DNA from: Octopus vulgaris
Lineage: Eukaryota
Assembly (NCBI GenBank): GCA_951406725.2
Contig: OX597824.1
Location: 12,338,001 to 12,402,000, forward strand
DNA length: 64,000 nucleotides
Direction of reading: 5' to 3'
Part shown: positions 39,512 to 54,587 of the stretch, piece by piece
Layout: every line of letters begins with the position of its first letter
Position numbering within the stretch: position 1 is the stretch's first letter
Made by a program: the position numbers and the translations under genes
The notes under the pieces: model-generated
What the model was told of the DNA's origin: nothing
What the model saw: the letters and a program-made list of their open reading frames with translations, nothing else
The model's database searches: none

Positions 39512-39571
39512 CTATCTGTCTGTCTATCTGTCTGTCTATCTGTCTGTCTATCTATCTACCTACCTACCTAC

Positions 39572-39620
<49 letters not shown>

Positions 39621-39658
39621 ATCTATCTATATATCTACCTACCTATCTATCTACCTAC

Positions 39659-39715
<57 letters not shown>

Positions 39716-39725
39716 GATCTATCTG
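39345..39725. repeat. (TATC)n-based compound microsatellite
   Basis: Read directly from the sequence. Confidence 0.95.
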
Positions 39726-39807
39726 TGTATCTGTGAGTATGTATATATTTGTATATACTTACACGTATATGTGTATGTGCGCGTGCGTGTGTGTTTGCAC
39801 ATGATGG

Positions 39808-39838
<31 letters not shown>

Positions 39839-39844
39839 TATATT

Positions 39845-39878
<34 letters not shown>

Positions 39879-40099
39879 ACATTGTTCATGAACAAAATCT
39901 GGTTAAATGCAAATGTACTGGCTGTATGCCAGAAAGGAGTTCCACATTTTTCAAAGTGCAAAATACGAACACTCTATTATTATCATTGCTATCGTAAGCT
40001 AAAAGTGTTTCACCACCGAATGTCACATGTAACGCTTAGAGAAAAATATTTTAGATTCCCATTATTTCGCTGAGGAAATGATGATTATGATGCTATTTC

Positions 40100-40400
40100 C
40101 GTTCGCTCAAAGAGTATCCGGCGATGAGAAGTTCTCCAAGTGGTAGCATTTGGGGCCCAAATTGCACTCTTCTTTCCATCTCGGTCAAGACTTCCTGCGC
40201 AGTCCTTCGTTTCGTCCTAACCGGCTTGCTTCTCTTTCTCCTTCAACTGTCCACTCGACCGTTGCTCTTGTCGGTCTCTCCAAAGGTAAGAGCAATACAT
40301 GGTCAAACAGCTTCTGCCACCTAGCTATGATGGTGTCTTGCAGTTTACTTAGGTCAGTTCTTCTCGTGATTTCAACGTTGGTTATTTGGTCACTCTAGGT
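40100..40400 (-). mobile_element. Decayed RTE-like LINE 3' fragment
   Basis: EITRRTDLSKLQDTIIARWQKLFDHVLLLPLERPTRATVEW resembles the RTE ...GHVLR.P..R.....W motif. Confidence 0.55.
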
Positions 40401-41447
40401 TCAATGTCACACTGTGACATTGAATAATTCGTTGTAATGAAACATGTTTAGGAAGTAGAATAATTACTTCGTTTGGCAAAGAGACTTGTGTCTCTTGGAA
40501 TGGTCTTTCTTAGACATCGTTAAATGCACCAACCCTGTCACGAATATTTGAAAGTATCTTCCTCATTATCAATACTGCTGACTACAACACATTGTTAAAC
40601 TGGATGACACTTTCTGATAATTTTCTATTAATATGGATAAAACTTATGAAATTATTTACTGTACAACGCCTTGACTTATTTCACTTCTATCGTTTCCATA
40701 TAAATGACTGCAAAATCAATTTTATAAACGTACTTTCGCTCTTTCTCTAATAAAACTCTTTCCATTGGGAAAATTTATTTAGCTTTAATTTCGCAAGAGT
40801 TTGCAGCAAAATAGAAAGTAAAAATGTTTATCACTTGAAAAAAGTTGAACTAGTGTCGTGAAACACGGTTAATGAAATGACTCTTAATTGAAGAATAAAA
40901 GAAATTTGAGGGTCATTCACAATTTAAGACTTCTTCAAGGTGTGAACACTGTCGTCAATGAAATGAAGTTCTTCCGTTTTGAAAGGATTCTGAAGAAAAT
41001 AGATAAGATTAAATAATACTTTGAGCTGAAATGCATTAAAAAAAAGAAGTGTCGACTTTGCCTTTCACTATTTCGGGATCGATAAAATAAGTACCAGATT
41101 TAATCGACTGGATCCTACCCTCAAAATTCCAGACCCTGTATCAACAGTAGAAAGTATTGTTTTAGACTGCTTTGTTAAGGATGTCATTCCCAACAGAATT
41201 ATACATTCATAGGCGTAGGCATAGCTGTGTGGTTTAAGACTCTCGCCTTGCAACCAGGAAGTTTCGGGTTCATTTCCGCTGCACGGTACTGTTGGTAAGT
41301 GTTTTCTTTTATAGCTCCGGGCCGACTATAATGCCTTATGAGTTAGTTTGGTAGACGAAAACTGTGCAAGACAGTTGTGTGTGTGTGTGTGCCTTTGTGT
41401 ATGTGTCTTTCACTCCACCCTGCCATCTCTTGACAACCACTACTGAG

Positions 41448-41922
41448 TGGAGGCACAATGGCCCAGTGGATAGGGCAGCGGCCTCGCGGTCGTAAGAACG
41501 CGGTTTCGATTCTTAGACAGGGTATTGTGAGTGTTTATTGAGCAAAAACACCTAAGCTCCACGAGGCTCCGGCGGGGTGGGTGATGAAACCCGCTGTACT
41601 CTTTCACCACAACTTTCACTCACTCTTTCTTCCTACTTCTGTCACAAAACAGAGGAACCATGGGGTGGTAAACTTTCAGACCCTAGTCTAGATTGCGAAT
41701 CCTCTATACCCCAGTATGGTTTAGCTCTCCACCCGTTAAAAGGCACCGTTTACGGAATGAGGATAACAACGTAGCTTTCGCGCCCGTACAACCGCCAGTC
41801 TATCGCGTGTGGTAGGTGGATCTTCAAGTTGCCACACGCATTCTTAGTAGCTTAGAGTAGGCTCGAATTAGAGATTATTCTTTGTGGCTAATGGCGTGAG
41901 TCCTGATTCGAAGAAGAAGAAG
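41448..41922 (+). mobile_element. 'gtggaggc' SINE, tail type 4 with (GAA)n end, nested in a CORE-like SINE; 12-bp TSD
   Basis: ACCACTACTGAG at 41436-41447 and 41923-41934. Confidence 0.85.
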
Positions 41923-42720
41923 ACCACTACTGAGGTATTTGTGTCCCCGTAATTTAGGCAAAAGAGACAGTTAGAATAATTACCTGTTTATAAAAAAAAA
42001 CAAAACAAAAAAAAGCAAACAAAAAAACAAAACAAACATAAGTACTGGGCTCTATTTGTTCGAATAGACCCTTCAAGATGATGTCCCAACATTGCCGCAA
42101 TCCATTAACTGAAACAAATAAAATATTTGCGATTTACTACATTCAGTACGGTAGACTACGCACTAAATATAAAATATATTACTGTTTAACATAGTCAAGT
42201 ATCACAACTATATCAGATGTTTACGATGAGAATTATCCCAAGCATACGAATAATTATAAATTTATGGTCTTCTGTATTAGATTAGTATTTATAAACTTTT
42301 TCTAATGTATGTATTTAAATCAGTTAATTATTGTTATTCATATTCTTGGACTGAAATCTTCTCATAATCGGTGAATTTAAGAGCCATATTTGTTGAATAG
42401 AATATCTGGTGTGACGATGAAATAATTTATAATCGTAATGTGATACGGGGCGAAGTAGACTTGTTAATGCGTTCTCGTAAGAATATACAAATAGCATGAT
42501 TTTTAGGGATAAGACGGAAGCCGGTGTGTGCTATAATCTATAATACGGATACCCGGGAGACGAGGTCAGATTGTCGTCAAGGAGATGATTTTCTATCCTA
42601 GATATGTATTTGCGCGCGCGCATGTGTGTGTGCGCGTGCACATGTCTATATATACACAGGGTCGAATTCGAATGTTATTTTAATCCAAGATAAGTACTCT
42701 GATATATATATAAGAATATA

Positions 42721-43060
42721 TACACAGGGGTTGGACAAAATAATGGAAATACCTTAAAATTTCAAACAAATTTATTTTAATATGGGATAGGACCACCTTT
42801 GGCAGTAATTACAGCTTGAATTCTATGAGGTATGGTCTCGTACAAAGTTTGAATTGTTTCCAAAAAACAATTTTTGTCCATTCTTAAGCTAAAACATTCT
42901 CCAGTTTTTGTAGTGATGATGGTGGAGGATATCGACCCCTAACTTGTTTTTTCTAAAATACACCATAAATGTTAAAAAAATATTGAGATCTGGGGACTGT
43001 GGTGGCCAGATAAGATGTTCAACTTCACTAGAATGTTCCTCGTGTCATTCAGTAACAAAA
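42721..43060 (-). mobile_element. Tc1 transposon 3' fragment (duplicate at ~55929-56270)
   Basis: WPPQSPDLN..HLWCILEK..ETIQTLYETIPHRIQAVITAKGGPIPY*; terminus 'tacacaggggttggacaaaa'. Confidence 0.85.
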
Positions 43061-44121
43061 CGGTGTTTCGGATCAGACGGCTTACATAAGTTGGAATTTC
43101 TCCGTTTTGATGGGGATTTTTTCCAATAATGTTTTTCACCAAAGTTTTCAGAATGATAGGAGACATCTTTTCACGAAAAAAAAAAAAGAAAAAAAGACTA
43201 ATATTGAAAATTTGTTTTTTTTTTTCAGTCCGAAACGATTTTGGCCACTTTTTTTTTACTACGCACTTAAACCCGCGAAAGAAACACTTTTGGTTAATAA
43301 AAAAGATAGTTAATAATTTCAGAGGAAGTGCTTAAATGGTACTTATTTAATCGACCCCGAAAGAATGGAAGGCAAAGTCGACCTCGGCAGAATTTGAACT
43401 CAGAACGTAGCGGCAGACGAAATGCCGCTAAGCATTTCGCCCGGCGTGCTAACGATTCTGCCAGCTCGCCGCCTTAATTCTGCCTTTGTTTGAAATGTTG
43501 GCACAAGGTCTAACCGTTTTAAGAGGAGGTGTCAGTAAGCTACTTCAACCTCAATGATTGACTAGTAATTTATCTTATCGACCCGGAAAGGATGAAAGAT
43601 AAAGTTGATCTCAGTGGAATTTGAACACAGAACGTAAAGAATCAGAAAAAAAACCCAAAAAACAAACTGCTGAGCATTTTGTCCAGTTCTGCCAGTTCGT
43701 AGCATTAGCCGCGTGCTGATATATGGCACAGATACAGAGATGCTTACAAAAGCCCTGCAAATTCTTTAAGGACATTATGTAAACGATTACCACTTGCAAA
43801 ACTCAGCACGCCGTAGAGTAAAAATAAAACACATGCCGAACTTTGTGGCAATCTACCTTCAGTTATAACCACATTGCGCCAATGAAAATAAACGTTTTTT
43901 ATAAGTTACTATTGGAGATGCAATGACGAGGTAACACATTAACTGTTGCTATAGAAACTAACTCGTGGCAAGAGATCGAGAGGGACTGACTTTTCGTACA
44001 TTGCCCAACTGTTACAACATACTACGATTAAACTGGAGACTCTGCTTGCTGCCACTAAGTAGCGTGTCTACAGAAGATCACTTGGTAGAAACTGTCTGAG
44101 CTTTTGAGTTTTTCTGATGGG

Positions 44122-44195
<74 letters not shown>

Positions 44196-44229
44196 ACACA
44201 CATACACACACACACACACACACATACAC

Positions 44230-44260
<31 letters not shown>

Positions 44261-44647
44261 TCATATAGCTATGATATAGACATATATATGCGTGTATAAA
44301 TGAGTGTGTGTGCGTGTGCGTTAACATATTTACATACATATATATGCATACACACACACACACACACACACACAAATACACACGCACACATATATATATA
44401 CATATATACAACGGGCTTCGTTCAGTTTCCATCTACCAAATCCACTCACGAGGCTTTGGTCGGCCCGAGGCTATTGTAGAAAGCACTTGCTTAAGGTGCC
44501 ACGCAGTGGGACTGAACCCGGAACCATGTGGCTGGTAAGCAAGCTACTTACCACACAGCTACTCATACGCCTACATACATGTATGTATATATGTATATAT
44601 ATATATTACACAATCGCACATACGTATAAACATGCATGTGCGCGCGC

Positions 44648-44692
<45 letters not shown>

Positions 44693-44714
44693 ATATAACA
44701 CTTAGACACGTTAC

Positions 44715-45064
44715 GTGGGAGCACCCGTTCACACACCAACACGTCTATCAGTGGTTACAGCATTTGCATTAACAGAATGCCTTCCAATGCATGTGTTCTA
44801 CAAAAACAGACCTCTCTGGAAAACCACCATCCATGAGGGAACGGCGACTTTCGATTCGAAAAGGTCTGCAGAGCTGGAGGAGAAAAGACGACGACGGAAG
44901 GAGCGCCAACAACAACCACGTGCGACTCTCCCTTCCGGCACTAGATGTCCGCACTGCGACCGATCTTTTCAAGCAAGAATTGGTCTTATCGGTCACCTAC
45001 GGACTCAGCAGTAAATTTGCGCGAAGACCATCATCCTCGACCTTGAGGGATTGCCATCATCATC
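44715..45064 (+). mobile_element. RTE LINE 3' end with a single C2H2 finger and (CAT)n tail (duplicate at ~57915-58269)
   Basis: RPLWKTTIHEG..EKRRRRKERQ..CPHCDRSFQARIGLIGHLRTQQ*, then 'atcctcgaccttgagggattgccatcatcatc'. Confidence 0.85.
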
Positions 45065-45502
45065 TGCAAAACGTAGACTGTCTTTCATACAGGCAAGCAA
45101 GTTAGCTATTGTTGTAATCGTCTTCTGATCTCTAAATGACTCATGAAATATAAATTTTCGTTTTACTTTTGTTAAGCTGCGACCCATCATCCTTGACCTA
45201 AATTCACCGACAAAGAAGTTTTATATATTTAATATTTTCATACCTGAATAAACTCAGGTTTCTGTTCACAACGTTTACGCTTTTGTTACCCACCCATGTT
45301 GTTATTCGCTTGGCAGAATCTTTAGAGTCGCACAAACTCCTTGAGGTGTTTATCATGCTTCTTTGCGCTCTGAATTCAAATCTCATCAGGCTTATCTTTG
45401 TCTTTCATCTTTTCTTACTGGCCAGGTAATTGCAATAAATCTAATCAACTCTCCTTCCCCTCCCCAATTCCTCGCTTTGTACCCTCTGTTACATGTTTCA
45501 GT

Positions 45503-45890
45503 GTGGAGGCGCAATGGCCCAGTGGTTAGGGCAGCGGACTCGCGGTCGTAGGATCGCGGTTTCGATTCCCAGACCGGGCGTTGTGAGTGTTTATTGAGCG
45601 AAAACACCTAAAAAGTTCCACGAGGCTCCGGCAGGGGATGGTGGTGATCCCTGCTGTACTCTTTCACCACAACTTTCTCTCACTCTTACTTCCTGTTTCT
45701 GTTGTACCTGTATTTCAAAGGGCCGGCCTTGTCACTCTCTGTGTCACGCTGAATATCCCCGAGAACTACGTTAAGGGTACACGTGTCTGTGGAGTGCTCA
45801 GCCACTTACACGTTAATTCCACGAGCAGGCTGTTCCGTTGATTCGGATCAACCGGAACCCTCGTCGTCGCAACCGACGGAGTGCTTCCAC
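45503..45890 (+). mobile_element. 'gtggaggc' SINE, tail type 1, 13-bp TSD (duplicate at ~58708-59093)
   Basis: TACATGTTTCAGT at 45490-45502 and 45891-45903. Confidence 0.92.
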
Positions 45891-46106
45891 TACATGTTTC
45901 AGTCATTCGACAGCGGCAGTGCTGGGGCACCACCTTGAAGGGTTTGGTCGGGTAGGTCGATCCCTTCGTACTTATTCTACTGGCTTCTGTTGCCGAACCT
46001 ATATATTACAAAGGTGTAAACAAACACACACTGGTTGTAAAACTGTGGCAGAAGGTGGAGGAAACAAGAATGAATACGAAGACACACATACGTGCGCGTG
46101 AACACA

Positions 46107-46149
<43 letters not shown>

Positions 46150-46151
<2 letters not shown>

Positions 46152-46541
46152 TCTTTTACTCTTTTACTCTTTACTCTTTTACTTGTTTCAGTCATTTGAC
46201 TGCGGCCATGCTGGAGCACCGCCTTTAGTCGAGCATATCGACCCCGGGACTTATTCTTTGTAAGCCCAGTACTTATTCTATCGGTCTCTTTTTTGCCGAA
46301 CCGCTAGGTGACGGGGACGTAAACACACCAGCATAAAGGGGGACAAACACACACATACACATATATACATATATATACATATATACGACAGGGTTCTTTC
46401 AGTTTCCGTCTACCAAATCCACTCACAAGGCATTGGTCGGCCACGGGGCTATAGCAGAAGACACTTGCCCAAGATGCCACGCAGTGGGACTGAACCCGGA
46501 ACCATGTGGCTAGTTAGCAAGCTACTTACCACACAGCCACA

Positions 46542-46543
<2 letters not shown>
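46150..46543 (-). mobile_element. CORE-like SINE in (TA)n, present only in duplication copy 1
   Basis: Absent from the equivalent position (59313-59480) of copy 2. Confidence 0.88.
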
Positions 46544-46613
<70 letters not shown>

Positions 46614-46812
46614 TACACACACACATGTATACAACAAATTTCAACACAGTTTCCATCTGCCAAATTCACTCACAAAGCAAATGTATTCTGCCACAGCCTA
46701 AGGTCAACCTGGGGCTATAGTAGCCCGATCTGTGTGTCTGTATGTGTGTATACATACATTTGTATACACAGACACATATATATGTATATATACATATACA
46801 TACATACATACA

Positions 46813-46846
<34 letters not shown>

Positions 46847-46850
46847 CATA

Positions 46851-46884
<34 letters not shown>

Positions 46885-46910
46885 CATACATACATACATA
46901 CATACATACA

Positions 46911-47463
46911 TGGTGGCTGCCCCCTCGTTATCGAGTATGGCCAATGCACGAAGCTTAATCAATGTTGTTATCGTGCAATGCCTGTGCAAGAAGATACTTT
47001 TTAAGTGAGGAAAGGCTGTGCACTGAGTCAATCCCACTCACTAAGCAAAAGCAGCCATAAACCGAAAAGAAGAACAAGTCAACATCATCGGTAACCACTG
47101 AGCCGCAGGTTTTATGTCGGAGTTATCCCAGTTACCTGAGTTACCTTCTCCTAGAAGGATGCCCTGACAAAGGCTAGGAGTCCTTCACTCCCAATGGTTT
47201 AACTGCGCGATCGGGTATTCAATCCGATTATTTCTATGTCCCCACGCATGATACAGCTTTAAGACATTTATTGGATGGTCGTTGACTCTCAAGAGTTCCT
47301 CCGCCCTTTGACGGGTTTTGTTTTTCATCCCACAGGGTGACCAATAAACACCCTCCTCACCAAGCGAACTTGGTGGGGTTGCCGGTTTAGTCGCCGACGA
47401 CCCGACCATGCAACAGGTAGTACTGGGTTACATGTTACCAGTAGCACTCGAAAGTGACCTGAC
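46911..47463 (-). mobile_element. Non-autonomous RTE-related element (copy of 21539-22091; duplicate at 59729-60279)
   Basis: Reverse complement aligns end to end; flanked by (CATA)n. Confidence 0.85.
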
Positions 47464-47491
47464 ATACATACATACATACATACATACAAAT

Positions 47492-47569
<78 letters not shown>

Positions 47570-47832
47570 TATAGGCGTAGGAGTGGCTACGTGGTAAGTA
47601 GCTTGCTTACCAACCGCATGGTTCCAGGTTTAGTCCCACTTCGTGACACCTTGGGCAAGTGTCTTCTACTATAATCTCGGGCCGACAAAATCCTTGTGAG
47701 TGGATTTGGTAGACGGAAACTGAAAGAAGCACTAGGCTTCCAAAGAATAAGTTTGCTCGACTAAAGGCGGTGCGCTAGCATGGTCACAGTCAAATGACTG
47801 AGACAGGTAAAAGAGTAAAAGTAGTATATATA

Positions 47833-48117
<285 letters not shown>

Positions 48118-48124
48118 GTATATA

Positions 48125-49403
48125 TGAGACTTTTATAGGAGAGGCAGTTATAAGTGTCCTAGATTATTGTAATTTTAGTATATCATTACAAAGCATACAA
48201 TAAGCTGTTCGTCCAGTTTTTGCTATTTTCGACTGAAGAGACAGCTGCAACAGCACTTTGAACACGCCCAGCTAAATACTGCGTACCACAGCCGATCAGT
48301 TTGCCGAATGCAATCGAGACGTTTGTGAACTCGCTACGCAATCAAGTGTGGTGTTTTGAAATGGGTAAAAACGCTACAGAAACTAACGAAATTCTCCAGG
48401 CTGCTTACGGATTAACCTCGTCGATAGCACAAGAGGTTCAAAGACGGTGGGAAGCACTCCGTCGGTTACGACGACGAGGGTTCCGGTTGATCCGATCAAC
48501 GGAACAGCCTGCTCGTGAAATTAACGTGTAAGTGGCTGAGCACTCCACAGACACGTGTACCCTTAACGTAGTTCTCGGGGATATTCAGCGTGACACAGAG
48601 AGTGACAAGGCCGGCCCTTTGAAATATAGGTACAACAGAAACAGGAAGTAAGGGTGAGAGAAAGTTGTGGTGAAAGAGTACAGCAGGGATCACCACCATC
48701 CCCTGCCGGAGCCTCGTGGAGCTTTAGGTGATTTCGCTCAATAAACACTCACAACGCCCGGTCTGAGAATCGAAACCGCGATCCTACGACCGCGAGTCCG
48801 CTGCCCTAACCACTGGGCTATTCCGCCTCCACTAAAAGACGGTAAAGAGCGGGTGATGGACAATGAGATGTGTGGGAGGCGAAGGAGGGAGGCCAGAACA
48901 TCAGAGCTGGTTGAGAAAATTCTCAATTTCCTTGATGAGAACCGTCGTGTGTCTATAAAGGCAATAATCATACAGTGTGGAGTTGGTGAGGCAACTGTAC
49001 ACAAAATTATTCACGAAGATCTGAACTTTTGCAGAATTTGTGCGAAGGTTGTTTCCATGGTGCTCAGTGACAATCATCCTGGTAACCAACAGGGGTGGGC
49101 ATCAAAAATATCTCTCACTCTCCCTACTGTCCAGATCTTGACCCCCGTGACTATTGGTTGTTCCCCAAGGTGAAGAAGAAACTAGAGGCAGTCGTTTTGA
49201 CGGCGAATGAGGCTGTGATAAAGGGTCCTGGACACCTTCACCTTGAAGGACTTTTATGGGGGCCTTCATGAAGTGGCTGAAGCACTACAACAAATACATT
49301 GATGTCAGAGACCCCCTACTTTGACGGAGATTAGAATTTTGTACTTCTTTCAAATTAATAAATGTCTCTTGTGAAAAATATTTGAAAATTTCTGGAATTC
49401 CCC
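48125..49403 (+). mobile_element. Internally deleted mariner relic interrupted by a SINE (48449-48832, minus, TSD AAAGACGGT); duplicate at ~60990-62272
   Basis: MGKNATETNEILQAAYG..HKRFKDG | ..ENRRVSIKAII..GVGEATVHKIIHEDLNFCRICAK..HSPYCPDLDPRDYWLFPKVKKKL. Confidence 0.85.
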
Positions 49404-49434
49404 ATGTATGTATGTATGTATGCATGCGCGTGCT

Positions 49435-49481
<47 letters not shown>

Positions 49482-51058
49482 TTTGTGTGTGTGTGTTTGT
49501 GTGTGAGGCAGTGCGAGATAGAAGGTAAAAAAATAATGCATTACAAAATAAATCGGATTGAGGGGAAAAAGAAAGAACAAAAGCCCCCTCTATAACCACA
49601 ATCTTATACCCCCCCCACACACAACATATATATGATACATTATCGTACATCCGGTACTTATATATCAGAAATGATAATAAGGTATGATGACCCACAGACA
49701 AAGAAAAAAATGCAAATATATAATGTAAAGTTCAACAGCATTGAACGTAAGCCATTGGTATACTCGTGTAGGCTTAAGCTTAGGCTTACATGAATGCATG
49801 TGTCTCTGTCGGTTTCAATTTACTAGTTATTGACTTATAACTCGTGTTAGTATGAAAGTGGCTGAATTGGATACACAAACACGCATATACTTAATGTAAT
49901 CCTTCGGGAGTATCAATGTAACCCGCTACGTAACAAAACTAGCCCTTAGAATCAGAATCACAGATATAGTTCATTCGATGGATTTTCCATGTAATTTTCA
50001 TCCAATTTCATTCTAGGGTTTGGATCCATCTCAGATCATGCTAAATGACACATCTCCAATTTAGGAGCAAATTCCTTAACTCGACGTCAGTGCCTCCGCT
50101 CAACTAAACTATAATGAATGAAAGCTGCTTATTGATTTGATTGAAACCTTTACAAAAAGAAAGCAACTTTTAAAGGCTTGGCTGTCTGGAAAAGATTTTA
50201 GATATTTTTATCAAAATGGGGTTTTGTGGTTTCTTTCATCATTGAATACTTCAAGTAGTGCTTCAATTACAAATTTTATTCAATGCGACATTTCAATTTA
50301 CTGTGTAATAGTTTAACACTTGTTCATACTTCTGAAGATATAAAAGTTGTCTAAATATTTGCAACCGCTATCTTACATATTCAGAGTTAAAATGACCGAG
50401 TCATTTAGAGACAAAATAAGCGTAATAATAGTTTCAAATTTTGGTACAAGGTGAGTAAATTTTAATGGGAGGAGGTAATTTAATTAAATCGACTACCACA
50501 CCCAAATGACACTTATTTTATCATCACTGAAAAGATGAAAGGCAAAGTCAACCGCGGTGGTATTTGAATTCAGAAAATAAAAAGCTGGAAGAAAAGGTGA
50601 AAATAAGTATAATAATCGCTGACATAATGCAGTGGCTTTGGCTTGCTGCGAACTACCGATCTTTCTATCCACTTGGCTATTCACTCTTTCCCACGGGTAA
50701 CTAGGGGTTAAAAATATATTTTAAAAAGTTATACTTAAAATATTGTTTGAAATTCTTTTTGAAAAAGAAATAAAATGAGATAAACGCTAAAGTAGACTTT
50801 CATTAGACAACAATATAAGAAAACCAGATTTTACACATGCCAATTCAGTAATAAAGAAGATTTTGAAGTGACAAAAATATTTATTCTTTTCAGATTGAAG
50901 AAAAGAACTGTTCATTCGTAAAATACGATAAGTCTGAGTGAGTCGTGAGATGTTAGTTCAAAGGTTTCATGCAAGACAGGTCTAAATGTCAGAACACACC
51001 CCACCTCACAATAAATAAACTTATTCTATAAAAATTACAACCTGTTCTCTCCCTCGTC

Positions 51059-51093
<35 letters not shown>

Positions 51094-51187
51094 GCTTTAC
51101 CTTTGCAGGCCGTCATAACTTTACCAGAACATTTGGTTCTATGATTCTTTCGACATCTTGTCATTGTGGTTAAATTCTAAGTAATTC

Positions 51188-51240
<53 letters not shown>

Positions 51241-51244
51241 AATT

Positions 51245-51852
51245 ATTCTATACAGTGCAAAGGTGCACCACAACTTGTCAAAAGAGCTTATAAAGCATCT
51301 GCAGTAATATATAAATGTCTGGAAAGTGAACAGTGTATGAGTTAGAAACATGCTTGCGTGTGTATGGAGGAGAGAAAATCAGGTGTAGTGTTGGCGAATC
51401 TCAGGAAGCATAGAAGTTTTGAAGGATGCAGTGCTTTGACAACTAACAACTGATGCCAGCAGTTTGTTCCATGCTTCAGCAACTCTTAGCGTGAAAAATG
51501 TTTCCGAAAGTCATGAGAGTTGTGCTGTTTTTCTGACTTTGTAAACATGTCCACGGGTGTTAGACAGGTAGAGTTTGAAAAGGTGCTCAGAGTTATTGTT
51601 TGTACGATGGTTAATAATTTTATGGCTGTCTGCCAAGTCAGCTGCCAGACGTCGGAGTTTCAATGTGTCCATGCCCAGGGAAGTAAGGCGTTCAGAATAT
51701 GGCAAATGCCTGATGGAGGGTATTCTCTTGGTTGCACGTCGCTGAACGGTTTCCAGAACGATTAATATCTTGGGCAAGATAGGGGTTCCAGACTGGTGAT
51801 GCAAATTCCAGGTGAGGCCGCACCATAGCTATATAAAGCCTCAGGTAGATAG
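51245..51852 (-). mobile_element. CR1-like LINE 3' fragment with (TTA)n tail
   Basis: LYIAMVRPHLEFASPVWNP..VQRRATKRIPSIRHLPYSERLTSLGMDTLKLRR..SNTRGHVYK. Confidence 0.88.
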
Positions 51853-52071
51853 CCAATTTGTTTTCTTTCACTTGTTTCAGTCATTGGCTGCAGCCATGCA
51901 GAGGTACCGTCATTAAGAGATTTCAGACGAATAAACCAACCCCAGTACTTATTTATACAAAAATCTTGTACTTATTCTATCGGTCTCTTTTGAACTGCTA
52001 GGTTACGAGTATGTAAACAGACTAGCACTGATTGTTAAGCTGTTGTGGGACAAACACAAACAGAAACAGAA

Positions 52072-52125
<54 letters not shown>

Positions 52126-53289
52126 ACACACACACACACACACACACACACACTTACACACACACACACACACTTCTTACTTTTTGTCGAAAGTACTTGC
52201 ATCGTGAAAGAAACGGAATTATTTCAGCTGAGGCTGATCTAGTTACCAATTCCTATCCTTCAAACCCACGAAATTTGTGATTTTTGCTAATGTCATAAAT
52301 TATTATTATTATTATTATTATTGGAGTGGGAGAGCAGTGCATGCCATCAAAGTTACACTGGGGTAAAATATACGAAGCCCGGTATACCCATCATGACTAC
52401 CCGTCTGATAAGGGTACACTAGGCACATGCATCACAAGCATATGTGCGCGACATGGTGATCTCATATCAAGATAAACAACGCATGACCTGCGGGGTCCAT
52501 CTAAATGACTGGCCCCCTCCACCAAAATTTCGGGCCTTGTGCCTAGAATAGAAAAGAACAGTGGACAGGACAGTATCACGTTAGTAAGGAGACTACACAA
52601 CAGCTTTGGTTGTTACTATGGAAACAGGCACCAATATCTCGGTGACTTTCGATTGGCTAAAATTACATAAAATTCGCCAACTTTAAAAGCAGTCAACGTT
52701 TTATTTATTAATTTACGGCAAAAAGGAATTTCATATCCATACAAAACTACATTAATACACCAAATCTGAAATGAATTGGAACAAAATTGAAGGAAAATCA
52801 AACAGAAAAAAATCCGGTAGCGCTAGTAGTAGTAGTAATAGTGTTGGTGTGGTGGTGGTGATGGTGGTGATGGTGGGGTAGAGTAGTAGCTGAAGCTGCT
52901 ACAAGGATATGAAATGTCATCGCCACCAAAATACTTTGACACTAACTGCTACCACTGACGAAATAACGCCACACAAAAAATATTTGCAAACATTTGATGG
53001 TTTGATGTTGTTTTAGTCGTTTCTCCTCGTTGTCGATGCTGTTGCTGTTGTTGTTACCGTTGTTGTTGCTTTTGTTGTTGTTGTTGTTGTTGTTGTCGAC
53101 GTTGTTGACATGATGTGCCTTTGAACATTTGCACTTTCATGCGGCAAGGTTCAACTTTGTCACTCCAGTAATTAGAGACGATCCCATATATATTCATTCA
53201 CGCATACACCGGCAAATACGCTTGCATAGACGCTCACACACACATAAACACACACCACACACAGCACACACACAGCATACACACATGTA

Positions 53290-53329
53290 TATATATATAT
53301 ACATATATATATATAAATACATATATATA

Positions 53330-53366
<37 letters not shown>

Positions 53367-53434
53367 GTATATATATATGTATGTATGTATCTATCTATAT
53401 ATATATATATATGCATATATACATATATAAATAC

Positions 53435-53480
<46 letters not shown>

Positions 53481-53546
53481 GTATATATATATGTATGTAT
53501 GTATCTATCTATATATATATATATGCATATATACATATATAAATAC

Positions 53547-53577
<31 letters not shown>

Positions 53578-53678
53578 TGCATACATACATATATATACAT
53601 ATATATATATATGTATATATATATGTATGTATGTATCTATCTATATATATATATATGCATATATACATATATAAATAC

Positions 53679-53734
<56 letters not shown>

Positions 53735-53840
53735 ATCTATATATATATATATATGCATATATACATATATAAATACATATATATATATGTATATATATAT
53801 ATATATGCATACATACATATATATACATATATAAATACAT
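53290..53840. repeat. Higher-order repeat of a TA-derived compound unit (~100-130 bp, about 4-5 copies)
   Basis: 'gtatgtatgtatctatct..atgcatatatacatatataaatac' recurs near 53378, 53491, 53623 and 53720. Confidence 0.8.
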
Positions 53841-53842
53841 AC

Positions 53843-53902
<60 letters not shown>

Positions 53903-54029
53903 GCAACAATGCATCAGCTTATCTATTAAGCTACATGGAAACTTTATATTCATATATATATACACACACACATATATATCATATACATATAGAGAGTTAT
54001 ACACACATAGACGCACTCACACACGCCCG

Positions 54030-54078
<49 letters not shown>

Positions 54079-54183
54079 TGGCAAACTCTGACATTTCATG
54101 TGTCATTCAGGTTAGAAACAAATTACCATCTGTAGATCATTCCCGTGAGCTAGTGAATGAGTGTGTGTGTGTTTGTGTGTGTG

Positions 54184-54214
<31 letters not shown>

Positions 54215-54339
54215 TGGCTATTGTATATCATGCACATATCTAAGTGCTCTGAGTGTGTTTGCGTATGTGTACTGTTTAAGTATGTATGTCAATGGTATGA
54301 GTGAGTGGTATTAAGTGAGAGCGTCAGAGAGACCGAGAG

Positions 54340-54382
<43 letters not shown>

Positions 54383-54393
54383 CAGATAGATAA

Positions 54394-54431
<38 letters not shown>

Positions 54432-54487
54432 GGGTAGGTAGATATATATATATATATATATATATATAGATAGATAGGTAGATAGGT

Positions 54488-54520
<33 letters not shown>

Positions 54521-54537
54521 TAGATAGATAGATAGGT

Positions 54538-54587
<50 letters not shown>

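Noticed and set aside
45503-45580. tRNA gene (and similar heads elsewhere)
   Set aside because: A/B-box-like head continues into a SINE body with TSDs; no complete cloverleaf acceptor stem.
48525-48625. HDV-like/ingi-type ribozyme in the antisense of SINE tail type 1 ('tacccttaacgtagttctcgggg')
   Set aside because: Only a superficial resemblance; I could not assign P2, P4 and J4/2 consistently by eye.
53234-54016. Longest ORF (260 aa) and the other YI/CV/HT/YVCM ORFs
   Set aside because: Stop-free frames of di- and tetranucleotide microsatellites.
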